A stretch of DNA of 64,000 nt from Burkholderiales bacterium (GTDB lineage: Bacteria; Patescibacteriota; Minisyncoccia; Phycocordibacterales; UBA9973), in contig JAMPXW010000001.1 of assembly GCA_023701005.1 (NCBI GenBank), positions 207,843 through 271,842 of the forward strand. The letters are read 5' to 3'. Position numbers and translations under genes: made by a program. Below the pieces are notes generated by a model. That model worked only from the letters and a program-made list of their open reading frames with translations. It searched no databases and was not told where the DNA came from. Every line of letters begins with the position of its first letter. The stretch's first letter is position 1. Below, one piece after another: positions 53,044 to 62,120 of this stretch.

Positions 53044-53100
53044 TTTTTTTAATTACAGAAGCCTTGATTTATGAGTTAACATATGTTAACCTATATATAT

Positions 53101-53385
53101 ATGTCTAAAAATAAAGATATTTTAGTGAAAAAGACAAAAAACTATTATTCTACACCAGAAGTAGCCAAGCTTCTTGGGGTCTCTCGTGTAGCCATTTTTA
53201 AGAAAATTAGAAATGGACAAATACATGCTGAAAAAATTGGCAGAAACTATATTATTCCAAGAGAAGAATATGAAACTATTGTGGGTCTTTTTGTGCCAGA
53301 ATATAGAAAAAGAGATATAGAAAATACAGTTGATCGTGTAGTCAAAAAATATGGTTCAGTATTGCGTAAACTTGGGAAAGAATAA
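53101..53385 (+). CDS. Excisionase-like HTH protein, putative antitoxin
   Basis: YSTPEVAKLLGVSRVAIFKKIRNGQIHAEKIGRNYII; C-terminal KKYGSVLRKLGKE; upstream of Doc. Confidence 0.75.
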   Translation: MSKNKDILVKKTKNYYSTPEVAKLLGVSRVAIFKKIRNGQIHAEKIGRNYIIPREEYETIVGLFVPEYRKRDIENTVDRVVKKYGSVLRKLGKE

Positions 53386-53390
53386 ATTTT

Positions 53391-53834
53391 ATGGCGCGGA
53401 AAATAATCAAACGCATAAAATTAGCAGATGTAGAATATATTGCTTTTCAATTAGCAAAAAAATTTTTAGAATGGGATGAACCAATTCCAGATTTTGATAC
53501 TCGTTTTCCAGATAAATTAGAAAGTTGTATTGAAACACCATTTCAAACGTTTGATAAAAAAAGTTTATATAAAGGTCTTGTAGAAAAATCGGCAATACTT
53601 TTTTATTTAATGAATAAAAATCATCCATTCCAAAATGGAAATAAAAGAATCGCAGTCACCACTTTGATGTTTTTTCTGATAGAAAATAGTAAATGGCTTT
53701 CAGTTTCTAATCACGATTTTTATGAATTTGCTCGTGAGGTCGCAGGAAGTAGAGCAGAAGATAAGGATGATATTATGATAATCATACGTTCATTTATTAA
53801 AGAAAACCTTGAAGAATTTGACTCAGCAAAATAA
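53391..53834 (+). CDS. Doc/Fic family toxin
   Basis: HPFQNGNKR Fic/Doc motif. Confidence 0.88.
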   Translation: MARKIIKRIKLADVEYIAFQLAKKFLEWDEPIPDFDTRFPDKLESCIETPFQTFDKKSLYKGLVEKSAILFYLMNKNHPFQNGNKRIAVTTLMFFLIENSKWLSVSNHDFYEFAREVAGSRAEDKDDIMIIIRSFIKENLEEFDSAK

Positions 53835-53839
53835 TATTT

Positions 53840-54298
53840 ATGGAAATAAGCGAAATTACAAAACAATATTGGACGAAAGAAGATTGGGAAAATCTAGAAA
53901 AAGTAGAATCAGCAGGTGATTTATATATTATTGCTCAAGATGTTATTTCTCGTATGCCAAAGCCCTTTGTGCAAGTTTGTGGTCCTATTGCTACAGGGGG
54001 ATTAGGTTCTTTGGATGCAAATTTGAATCTTTTTAATGAAACTATAAAAGAGTTACAAAATGAAGGATTGAGTGTTTTTGATCAAATGCCATTTGAAGAT
54101 TCAATGCAAAGATTAAAGAAGAAAATCACTTCTAAAAGTGAAGTGGTGACAACTATTTTGACAGATTTTTATTATCCAATTTTTGAGTCTGGATTAATTT
54201 CCGCGTTTTATTTTATTCCTGGATGGGAGACATCTTTTGGAGCAAAATGCGAACATGAAAAAGCAAAAGAGCTTGGCATAAAAATAGTTTATTTGTAG
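53840..54298 (+). CDS. DUF4406/nucleoside deoxyribosyltransferase-like protein
   Basis: VCGPIATG, FIPGWETSFGAKCEHEKAKELGIKI. Confidence 0.6.
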   Translation: MEISEITKQYWTKEDWENLEKVESAGDLYIIAQDVISRMPKPFVQVCGPIATGGLGSLDANLNLFNETIKELQNEGLSVFDQMPFEDSMQRLKKKITSKSEVVTTILTDFYYPIFESGLISAFYFIPGWETSFGAKCEHEKAKELGIKIVYL

Positions 54299-54299
54299 A

Positions 54300-56051
54300 T
54301 TATTTCTTTTCTTTTATCTCTTCTGTGAGTTTTGAGAGAAGTTCTTCTTTTGTCATTTGACCAAGTGGCCCAGCATCACGAGATTCTATAGTGACTTTAT
54401 TTGCTTCTATTTCCTTGTCACCAATTACTATCCAATAAGGTATTTTGTTATTTTTTGCATCGCGTACTTTTCCTCCGAGATTTGATTCTTCGTCATCTAG
54501 CTCTACGCGGATGTTATTTTCTTTTAATAAATTATAAACTTCTTTTGCATATTCGTTATGATTGGTCCTTACAGGGATTATTTTAACTTGAACTGGAGAA
54601 AGCCAAAGAGGGAATACACCAGCATAATGTTCTATCATCACACCCATAAATCTTTCGAATGATCCAAATATTGCAACATGGAGAACTACTACTCGATGTT
54701 TTTTTCCATCTTCTCCGGTGTAATTCATATCAAAATTTTCTGGTTGATTAAAATCAAGTTGTATTGTGGTAAGTTGCCATTGTCTACCTATAGAATCTTT
54801 TACTTTTATATCTATTTTAGGACCATAAAAAGCTGCTTCTCCTTCTTCGACACTATATTGAAGGTTCATTTTTTTTGCAGATTGGATCAATATGTTTTCA
54901 GCTTTTTCCCATACTTCATCGCTTCCAAAATATTTTTTCTTATTTTTTGGATCTCTGATAGAAATTTCAATTTTGTAATCTTTAAAATTAAATATTTTGT
55001 AAACTTTTTGCATTAACTCAAAAATCATTTCTATTTCAGATTCAATTTGGTCGGTTCTTATAAAATGATGTGTATCATCTTGGGTTAAATTTTTTACACG
55101 TAAAAGACCAGAAAGCTCACCACTCTTTTCATTACGATATACTGTTGTATTCTCTGCGATACGTAGAGGTAAATCACGGTAACTGTGTGGTTCAGCATTA
55201 TATATTTCAAAATGATGAGGACAATTCATTGCTTTCATGACGAATTCTTCGCCGTTTTCATCTGTCATCGTTGGCATCATTGCATCATATTTACCCATAT
55301 GTCCACTTCTTATATAAAGTTCCTTTTTTGCTATGTGTGGTATCGTGACAAAAGAATACCCTAAATTTTCTTTCTCTTTTCTTATAAAGTTTTCTAGTTG
55401 AGTTCTTATGATATTGCCTTTAGGTAAATACATTGGTAATCCTTTGCCTACTAGCTCAGAGATTGTGAATAATCCCATTTCTTTTCCAATTTTTTTGTGG
55501 TCTCTTTTTAATGCTTCTTCTCTTTGTAATAAATATGTATCGAGTTCTTCTTTTGTTTCAAATGCTAAGCCATATATACGTGTGAGCATTTTATTTTTTT
55601 CATCTCCACGCCAATATGCCCCAGCGACACGATCGAGTTTGAAAGAAAGGGGATCAATGTTTAAAGCAGGATTTTCTAAATGCCCTCCTCGACATAAATC
55701 AGTAAAACCTCCACAAGTATATGTAGTTATTTTTTCTCCACGATCTGCTATTTCATTAATGAGTTCTATCTTATATTCATTTTTGAATAAATTCAAAGCA
55801 TCTTCTTTATTTAGTTCTTTTTGTTCCCATTCCGTCCATTTTGGAAGTTCTTTTCGCATTGTGTCTTCAATCTTTTTAAGATCGCTATCAGATATTTTTT
55901 CATCTCCGAAATCTATATCATAATAGAATCCATTTTCAACAGAAGGCCCTAATGTTAGTTTGATTTTATCAAACTTATATATTTTACCTACTGCGGCTGC
56001 TAATAAGTGAGCCAATGTATGTCTTAAATTATGCAATTTATCGTTTTCCAT
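54300..56051 (-). CDS. thrS: Threonyl-tRNA synthetase
   Basis: RHTLAH, DLCRGGH, MNCPHH, AAFYGPKID, GSFERF. Confidence 0.98.
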   Translation of the reverse strand: MENDKLHNLRHTLAHLLAAAVGKIYKFDKIKLTLGPSVENGFYYDIDFGDEKISDSDLKKIEDTMRKELPKWTEWEQKELNKEDALNLFKNEYKIELINEIADRGEKITTYTCGGFTDLCRGGHLENPALNIDPLSFKLDRVAGAYWRGDEKNKMLTRIYGLAFETKEELDTYLLQREEALKRDHKKIGKEMGLFTISELVGKGLPMYLPKGNIIRTQLENFIRKEKENLGYSFVTIPHIAKKELYIRSGHMGKYDAMMPTMTDENGEEFVMKAMNCPHHFEIYNAEPHSYRDLPLRIAENTTVYRNEKSGELSGLLRVKNLTQDDTHHFIRTDQIESEIEMIFELMQKVYKIFNFKDYKIEISIRDPKNKKKYFGSDEVWEKAENILIQSAKKMNLQYSVEEGEAAFYGPKIDIKVKDSIGRQWQLTTIQLDFNQPENFDMNYTGEDGKKHRVVVLHVAIFGSFERFMGVMIEHYAGVFPLWLSPVQVKIIPVRTNHNEYAKEVYNLLKENNIRVELDDEESNLGGKVRDAKNNKIPYWIVIGDKEIEANKVTIESRDAGPLGQMTKEELLSKLTEEIKEKK

Positions 56052-56074
56052 ATTTTTATATATTATTAATAAAA

Positions 56075-56228
56075 TTAAAATCGCCCCGACAAAAATGAAA
56101 AAGTCTCATTTTTGTCGGGGCGAGTCTAGTTCGCGGTTCCACCCAACTTTGTTCTTTTTGTTTATAGATTAGCCTTTACGGTCCTATTTTTATAGGATTA
56201 TGGTTGGTAGCCATAACAATCTCTATTC
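56075..56228 (-). promoter_or_regulatory. T-box riboswitch leader of thrS (minimal)
   Basis: aagttGGGTGGAACCGCG T-box, terminator tcgccccgacaaaaatga/tcatttttgtcggggcga plus T run, ACC in a short upstream stem-loop. Confidence 0.85.
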
Positions 56229-56305
56229 CCCTAAGAATATCATTTTTTTGATAAAAGTACAATAATTTTGCATTTCTTATGGAATATGCTACTATAGGTT
56301 ACATT

Positions 56306-56530
56306 ATGGTAGTACGAATGAGACATACAAAATCACATACGAAAAACCGACGTTCTCACCACGCATTGGAGAGTACGAGTTTTGCTAAATGTGAAAATTG
56401 TAAGAGTTTAAAGCGACGTCATACGGTTTGTTCCTCTTGTGGATTTTATCGTGGGATGAAAGTTTTAGATTTAGTAAAAAAGATAGAAAAGAAGCAAAAG
56501 AAAGAAAAGGCGGCTCAAGCAAAGAGCTAG
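56306..56530 (+). CDS. rpmF: 50S ribosomal protein L32
   Basis: RRSHHAL, CxxC..RRHTVCxxCGFYRG. Confidence 0.93.
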   Translation: MVVRMRHTKSHTKNRRSHHALESTSFAKCENCKSLKRRHTVCSSCGFYRGMKVLDLVKKIEKKQKKEKAAQAKS

Positions 56531-56613
56531 TTTATAAAGTAGAAAGTAGAAAGTGAAAAGTAATTCATTTTTTCTAACTTTATAGACTTTAAGAACTTTA
56601 TAACTTTACACTT

Positions 56614-57585
56614 ATGGCTAACAGGCACCTTTCAAGATCAATAGTACTTCAGACACTTTTCGAGTGGGATTTTATGTCTGCCACAGAAAAATCTAGCGCC
56701 TGGGACGATAAAAAAATAAAAGAAGCTTTAAATAGAAATCTTAAGGAGTTTGCTCCTGGACTTGAGGATGATGTTTTTGTCATTTCTTTAGTTGATTCGA
56801 TTTTAAAAAAATGTGATGTTATTGACGAGATAATAACAAAAGCAGCTCCAGATTGGCCTTTAGATAAAATATCAGTTGTTGATAGAAATATATTGAGAAT
56901 TGGCTTATCAGAGCTTTTGTTTGGAGATAGAAATGAAGTTCCTCCTAAGGTTGCTATCAATGAAGCCATCGAATTGGCAAAAACTTTTGGTGGTGAAAAT
57001 TCTGGTAAATTTGTAAATGGAGTTCTCGGTGCTGTATATAAAGAAATAGGAGAGCCAGGTAAAGAACAAGTAAGTAAAAAAAAGAAAGAAGAAGAGCCTC
57101 TAGATATTACAAAACTTCCAGTAGAAAAATTAGGTGGTGCTTTGATTTATGCAAAGAAACCAGCCTCGACTAGTACGAGTCTAGGCGGGGGGAATAATAT
57201 TTTATTTGCATTAGTTCATGATGTGTTTGGATATTGGACTTTATCAAAAGGAAAGATAGGAGATACAGAAGAAACAAAAGGAGAAACTACAGAAGAAGGA
57301 ACAATAAGAAAAATAAAAGAAGAAATTGGTTTGGATATAACAATAAAAGAAAAGATAGGAGAAAATGAATATGTTGCTACTCATCCAGAAAAAGGGAAGA
57401 CTTTGAAAAAGGTGACATATTTCTTGGCAGAAAGTGAATATAGAGAAATTCAATTGGGAGAATCTGGTGGTTTGGATAATGCAAAATGGTTTCAACTTTC
57501 TGAGATTCCAGAACTTCGTATTTACAATGATATTATTCCACTTGTCACAAAGGCCATAGAAATATTGAGCAAAAAAGAAATTTAG
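56614..57585 (+). CDS. nusB: NusB fused to a C-terminal NUDIX-like domain
   Basis: [27 protein letters not shown]; WTLSKGK...RKIKEEIG degenerate Nudix box. Confidence 0.9.
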   Translation: MANRHLSRSIVLQTLFEWDFMSATEKSSAWDDKKIKEALNRNLKEFAPGLEDDVFVISLVDSILKKCDVIDEIITKAAPDWPLDKISVVDRNILRIGLSELLFGDRNEVPPKVAINEAIELAKTFGGENSGKFVNGVLGAVYKEIGEPGKEQVSKKKKEEEPLDITKLPVEKLGGALIYAKKPASTSTSLGGGNNILFALVHDVFGYWTLSKGKIGDTEETKGETTEEGTIRKIKEEIGLDITIKEKIGENEYVATHPEKGKTLKKVTYFLAESEYREIQLGESGGLDNAKWFQLSEIPELRIYNDIIPLVTKAIEILSKKEI

Positions 57586-57611
57586 ATTATAAAGTTTAAT
57601 ACATAAAGAAA

Positions 57612-58307
57612 ATGATACAGTTTTCAGATTTTGAAAAAAATACAAAAATAGTTTTTAAAGATAAGAATTTATTAAAACAAGCTTTCATTCATCGATCATA
57701 CATCAATGAGAATGCAGGTTCTTTTTTGTCACACAATGAACGTTTAGAATTTTTAGGGGATGCTGTATTGGAATTAGTCGTGACAGATTTTTTATATAAA
57801 AAATATCCAAATTACACAGAAGGAGAATTGACAGCTATTAGATCTGCTTTAGTAAATGCAATAATAATTTCAGAAGTTGCTTTGAAGGTAGGAATGAATG
57901 ATTATTTGCTTTTATCTAAAGGTGAATCGAAAGATAATGGTAAAGCAAGACAATATATTTTGGCAAATACATATGAAGCTTTTGTCGGAGCTGTTTATCT
58001 AGATCAAGGATATGATGTTGTGAATAAATTTATAACCACTAGTCTATTGCCACATACAGACGAGATAGTCTCCAAAAAGCTTTGGCGAGATGCAAAGAGT
58101 CTAGTTCAAGAAAAAGCTCAGGAATTTGTACAAGTTACTCCTTTATATAAAGTTTTGCATGAATCAGGCCCTGACCATGACAAACATTTTACTGTCGGTA
58201 TCTTTTTTGGACAGAGCTTGATAGCTGAAGGAAAAGGTAAATCTAAACAAGAAGCAGAACAGAAAGCAGCAGAAATGGCATTAAAAATAAAAAATTGGAT
58301 GGAATAA
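57612..58307 (+). CDS. rnc: Ribonuclease III
   Basis: NERLEFLGDAVL, dsRBD with GPDHDK and SKQEAEQ. Confidence 0.97.
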   Translation: MIQFSDFEKNTKIVFKDKNLLKQAFIHRSYINENAGSFLSHNERLEFLGDAVLELVVTDFLYKKYPNYTEGELTAIRSALVNAIIISEVALKVGMNDYLLLSKGESKDNGKARQYILANTYEAFVGAVYLDQGYDVVNKFITTSLLPHTDEIVSKKLWRDAKSLVQEKAQEFVQVTPLYKVLHESGPDHDKHFTVGIFFGQSLIAEGKGKSKQEAEQKAAEMALKIKNWME

Positions 58308-58310
58308 AAT

Positions 58311-60548
58311 ATGAGATTAAAGAACCTCGAAATAAATGGTTTTAAATCTTTCGCGAAAAAAACTGTTTTAGAGTTTCAACATCCTGTCGTATCTATTGTG
58401 GGTCCAAATGGATCAGGTAAATCAAATGTAGTAGAAGCATTGCGTTTTGTTCTAGGAGAACAGTCCATGAAATCAATGCGTGGCTCACAAGGAGCGGATT
58501 TGATATTTAAAGGTTCAAAGAATTTACCAAAGAGTTCTAGGGCCAGCGTGACTATATATTTTGATAATTCTGATAATGTTTTCAAATTATCGAATGAAAC
58601 TGGAGAGAATTTAAATTTAAATTACGATGTGATATCTATTTCTCGTGAAGTTTTTTCTGATGGTTTAAATAAATATATTTTAAATGGGTCAGAGGTTAGA
58701 TTGAAAGATATAAATAATTTATTGTCATCTGTTAATATTGGTTCTTCTGGACATCACATAATCTCACAAGGAGAGGCAGATAGGATTTTGAATGCATCGC
58801 CAAAAGATAGGAGAGAGATGGTAGAAGATGCTCTCGGTTTGAAAATATATCAATATAAAATAAAAGAAGCAGGACGCAAGCTAGAGAGAACAGCAAATAA
58901 TATGAAAGAAGTTTCTCTTTTGCGTCGCGAGAATGCTCCACATTTAAATTTCTTAAGGAAACAAGTTGATAAATTTGAAAAAGCGAAAGAAATGCAAGTT
59001 AGCTTGTTGTCTTTGTATAATGAGTATTTGAAAAAAGAAAGTATCTATTTAGAAAATGAAAAACAAAATCTTTCGAATGAAAAGAACAAAATAGTTGCTG
59101 AATTAGAAAGCATAAAAGATAAGATAGAAAGTGTAGAAGAAGAAAACATAATAGAAAGTGAAAAAGAAAAACAATTGAAAGATTTAGAAAGAAAGGTAAA
59201 CGAGATTCGTCACGTAAAGGGTGAAATAGAACGAAAATTGGGAAGAATAGAGGGAATGATAGAAATGGAAGAAAGGAGAGAGAAGAAGGCTCCAGCAATT
59301 GTTGTAAAAAATCCCGAAGAAATAAAAGCAATTTTTGATGAGATTGCTGAAGAAATAGAAGTGGCTATTGTTGAAGAAAATGTTTCTGAGATTAAGTTCA
59401 TTCTTTTGAGAATAAAAGATGTTTTGCAAAAATTTAATCAGACAGAAGAAAAGACAGAGAATCATTCCATCAATTCAGAAATTTTGGAGTTGAAAAATGA
59501 TCAACAAAGGATCTTGTCTGAAATGCAAAATATTACCAACGAAGAGAATAAGATTTTTGAGAGCATTCAGGTTTTGAGAGGTCAAATAAGAGAAGAGAAA
59601 GAAATTTTACATACAAAAGAGAAAGAGAGGTTTAATTTTAGAGTTAGAAACCAAGAATTAACTTCTCATTTAGAAATAATTTCAGTAAAAGAATACAACT
59701 TATCCAAACAACAAGAATCATTTGAAAACGAATTGAGGGAGGGGTCTATACTTATTGGAAATGATATTTTGAATTATAAAAATTTCGAGGCTTCTTTGGA
59801 AGTGGATCGTGGGCTTCAAGAAGAATTAAAAAGAAAAATTGAACGTATAAAAATAAAATTAGAAGATGTTGGTTTAGGAGGAGGGGCTGATGTTTTGAAA
59901 GAATATGAAGAAGTGTCTCAAAGAGATAGTTTTTTGGCTAAAGAGATGGAAGATTTAGCTAAGAGCATAGAATCACTACGTTTGTTGATAGCAGACTTGA
60001 AAGAGAAAATAGATATAGAATTTAAAGAAGGTATCAAAAAAATAAATATAGAATTTAGTAAATTCTTTTCTCTGATGTTTGGAGGAGGGGAGGGATATTT
60101 ATCAGTAGTTACAGAAAATAAAAAGAAAAAAAATAACGAAGAATCCTTCGAAACCACTCGGGATGATTCTGGTGAATCAGATATAATATTTGAACAGGGT
60201 ATAGAAATAAATGTGACTCTTCCTCATAAAAAGGTGAAAGAATTGAATGCTCTTTCAGGAGGAGAAAGATCTCTTACTTCTATTGCTCTTTTGTTTGCGA
60301 TGTCTCAAGTAAATCCACCACCATTCTTAGTTTTAGATGAGACAGATGCGGCTTTAGATGAAGCAAACTCACGAAAATATGGAGATATGTTAGAAAAACT
60401 TTCTCATCATTCTCAGCTTGTCGTTGTCACACACAACAGAGAGACGATGTCTCGAGCAGGTATTTTGTATGGGGTTACAGTCGGAGCTGACGGTGCCTCA
60501 AAACTTCTTTCAGTAAAACTAGATGAAGCAAAAGCGATTGCAAAATAA
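58311..60548 (+). CDS. smc: SMC-family ATPase (short)
   Basis: GFKSF, GPNGSGKSN, LSGGE, VLDETDAALD. Confidence 0.9.
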   Translation: MRLKNLEINGFKSFAKKTVLEFQHPVVSIVGPNGSGKSNVVEALRFVLGEQSMKSMRGSQGADLIFKGSKNLPKSSRASVTIYFDNSDNVFKLSNETGENLNLNYDVISISREVFSDGLNKYILNGSEVRLKDINNLLSSVNIGSSGHHIISQGEADRILNASPKDRREMVEDALGLKIYQYKIKEAGRKLERTANNMKEVSLLRRENAPHLNFLRKQVDKFEKAKEMQVSLLSLYNEYLKKESIYLENEKQNLSNEKNKIVAELESIKDKIESVEEENIIESEKEKQLKDLERKVNEIRHVKGEIERKLGRIEGMIEMEERREKKAPAIVVKNPEEIKAIFDEIAEEIEVAIVEENVSEIKFILLRIKDVLQKFNQTEEKTENHSINSEILELKNDQQRILSEMQNITNEENKIFESIQVLRGQIREEKEILHTKEKERFNFRVRNQELTSHLEIISVKEYNLSKQQESFENELREGSILIGNDILNYKNFEASLEVDRGLQEELKRKIERIKIKLEDVGLGGGADVLKEYEEVSQRDSFLAKEMEDLAKSIESLRLLIADLKEKIDIEFKEGIKKINIEFSKFFSLMFGGGEGYLSVVTENKKKKNNEESFETTRDDSGESDIIFEQGIEINVTLPHKKVKELNALSGGERSLTSIALLFAMSQVNPPPFLVLDETDAALDEANSRKYGDMLEKLSHHSQLVVVTHNRETMSRAGILYGVTVGADGASKLLSVKLDEAKAIAK

Positions 60549-60639
60549 TAAATTTGACTTTCTTTGTCAAGAGATGTAATCTAAAAACTAGTTAAATAAA
60601 CTAGTTTTTTTACAAATTAAAAATCAAATGAGGTGCCTC

Positions 60640-61038
60640 ATGGAAATTAATTCAGCGAGAATTCTCGTAGTAGATGATGTTGCAGCTTGCACTGCAATCA
60701 TCATGAAAATTTTAAAAGAAAATTCTTTTAAAAATGTTATATCCGCTTCTAATGGTGTAGATGCTATTAGCTTATGTGCTAATTCTGAGTTTGATTTAGT
60801 ACTAATTGGTCCAGGACGTTCGGTATTAAATAGTTTTGAAACCATCGGCACGATAAGAGACATACCAATACCTCTTTTTAAAAAAATCCCTATCATTGCG
60901 ATGATAAAAGATGAAAAAGATTCAAAAGAAGAAGTTTTATTTGCAGGAGCAACAGACGTTATTTTAAAGCCTATAAAAAAAGAAGATCTTGTAGGCATAT
61001 TAAAAAAATATTTAGAAAAGGAACCTAAGGAAGATTAA
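60640..61038 (+). CDS. Pseudo-receiver domain protein
   Basis: VVDD and ILKP present but phosphoacceptor position reads DLVLIG; SD gaggtg. Confidence 0.75.
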   Translation: MEINSARILVVDDVAACTAIIMKILKENSFKNVISASNGVDAISLCANSEFDLVLIGPGRSVLNSFETIGTIRDIPIPLFKKIPIIAMIKDEKDSKEEVLFAGATDVILKPIKKEDLVGILKKYLEKEPKED

Positions 61039-61039
61039 C

Positions 61040-61095
61040 TTGGCTCGGTGTGTTTTATGACGCACCGAGCCTTTTTTATTTAAATTTTAATTTTT
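61040..61095 (+). repeat. 56-bp direct repeat, copy 1 (terminator hairpin)
   Basis: ttggctcggtgtgttttatgacgcaccgagccttttttatttaaattttaattttt; 54/56 identical to 62065-62120. Confidence 0.95.
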
Positions 61096-61110
61096 ATAAG
61101 ATATATAATT

Positions 61111-61142
61111 ATCCCCATATACGCCATAGCGTATATGGGGAT
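61111..61142. repeat. Perfect palindrome left of the Cas2-like gene
   Basis: atccccatatacgc-cata-gcgtatatggggat. Confidence 0.9.
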
Positions 61143-61161
61143 TGAGTGATATTATTTATAT

Positions 61162-61548
61162 ATGAGTTTTAAAAGAAAATTATATTATAGAGGAATGGAA
61201 GTGAATTCTTTTGGTATCCCAATTTTTTCACAAGGCAGAAAGAGTCGTTCAAAGATGAAAAACAGAAAGAGAACTTTTTATAATATTGCTTTTTATTCTC
61301 CTTTTAATAAAGATTCTTCAAAAAATTTAATCGTAATGTACGATATTCCTTCTGATAAGAAAAAAGAAAGAGATTGGTTTCGCAGACAATTGATAAAATT
61401 TAATTATATTATGATTCAAAAAAGCGTTTGGGTGGGCCCCTCTCCATTGCCAAAAGATTTTTTAGATTATTTAAAAGAGATAAAGATAGGGGATAACTTT
61501 AAAACATTTAAATTAGCTAAATCTTATACTAATTTTAAAAAAGTTTAA
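61162..61548 (+). CDS. Standalone Cas2/VapD-like (PaaX central-domain-like) protein
   Basis: LIVMYDIP...ERDWFRRQL..FNYIMIQKSVW; no cas1 or CRISPR array in window. Confidence 0.78.
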   Translation: MSFKRKLYYRGMEVNSFGIPIFSQGRKSRSKMKNRKRTFYNIAFYSPFNKDSSKNLIVMYDIPSDKKKERDWFRRQLIKFNYIMIQKSVWVGPSPLPKDFLDYLKEIKIGDNFKTFKLAKSYTNFKKV

Positions 61549-61557
61549 TAATTTAAA

Positions 61558-61591
61558 CTTCCTCATATCAGCCATGGCGTATACGGGGAAG
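61558..61591. repeat. Degenerate related palindrome right of the Cas2-like gene
   Basis: cttcctcatatcagcc-at-ggcgtatacggggaag. Confidence 0.8.
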
Positions 61592-61683
61592 AAGAGATAT
61601 AAACATACAAAACTTGACATGTAAAGAGAGAGAGTATTCTGAGTTAAATTTGTACAAATAAATTTAACTAATTTGAGGTTAGT

Positions 61684-62013
61684 ATGGCCTTATCTGCAAA
61701 TGAACGTGAAGAAGAGTTCGAAAAAGTTCTTCTTATGGGTATTGGATTGCCTTGTCCAAAAAATATGCCTATTAAAGAACTTTCAAAAAAATCCCTTGAG
61801 ATGATAGATAAATTACTATTATCAATGCAAGAGATATTTGATGTTTCTCCTGATAAAGGTGAACAAGTTCGGTTGGCATTTATTATTAGGCAACTTCAAG
61901 AGTTCAAAAAAGAAATAGAAAAAAATGAGTTTTTTGTTTACCTTAGATTTTCTTATTTGGCTGCTTTAAGCCAAGGAATTATGGTATATAAAAGAGAATT
62001 TAAGTTAATCTAA
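61684..62013 (+). CDS. Hypothetical ORFan
   Basis: TTGACA promoter at 61614, SD gaggt. Confidence 0.6.
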   Translation: MALSANEREEEFEKVLLMGIGLPCPKNMPIKELSKKSLEMIDKLLLSMQEIFDVSPDKGEQVRLAFIIRQLQEFKKEIEKNEFFVYLRFSYLAALSQGIMVYKREFKLI

Positions 62014-62064
62014 AGGATTTCATTAAACTTTTTAAAATTGCAGAAGAAATTTTGGATGTTTGAT

Positions 62065-62120
62065 TTGGCTCGGTGTGTTTTATGACGCACCGAGCCTTTT
62101 TTATTTGAATTTTAGTTTTT
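62065..62120 (+). repeat. 56-bp direct repeat, copy 2 (terminator plus 3' end of convergent gene)
   Basis: Matches 61040-61095 with 2 mismatches; overlaps the last codons of 62101..63990. Confidence 0.95.

Noticed and set aside
61040-62120. CRISPR array or CRISPR-Cas locus around the Cas2-like gene
   Set aside because: Repeats occur only in pairs hundreds of bp apart with no regular spacers, and no cas1 or effector genes are in the window
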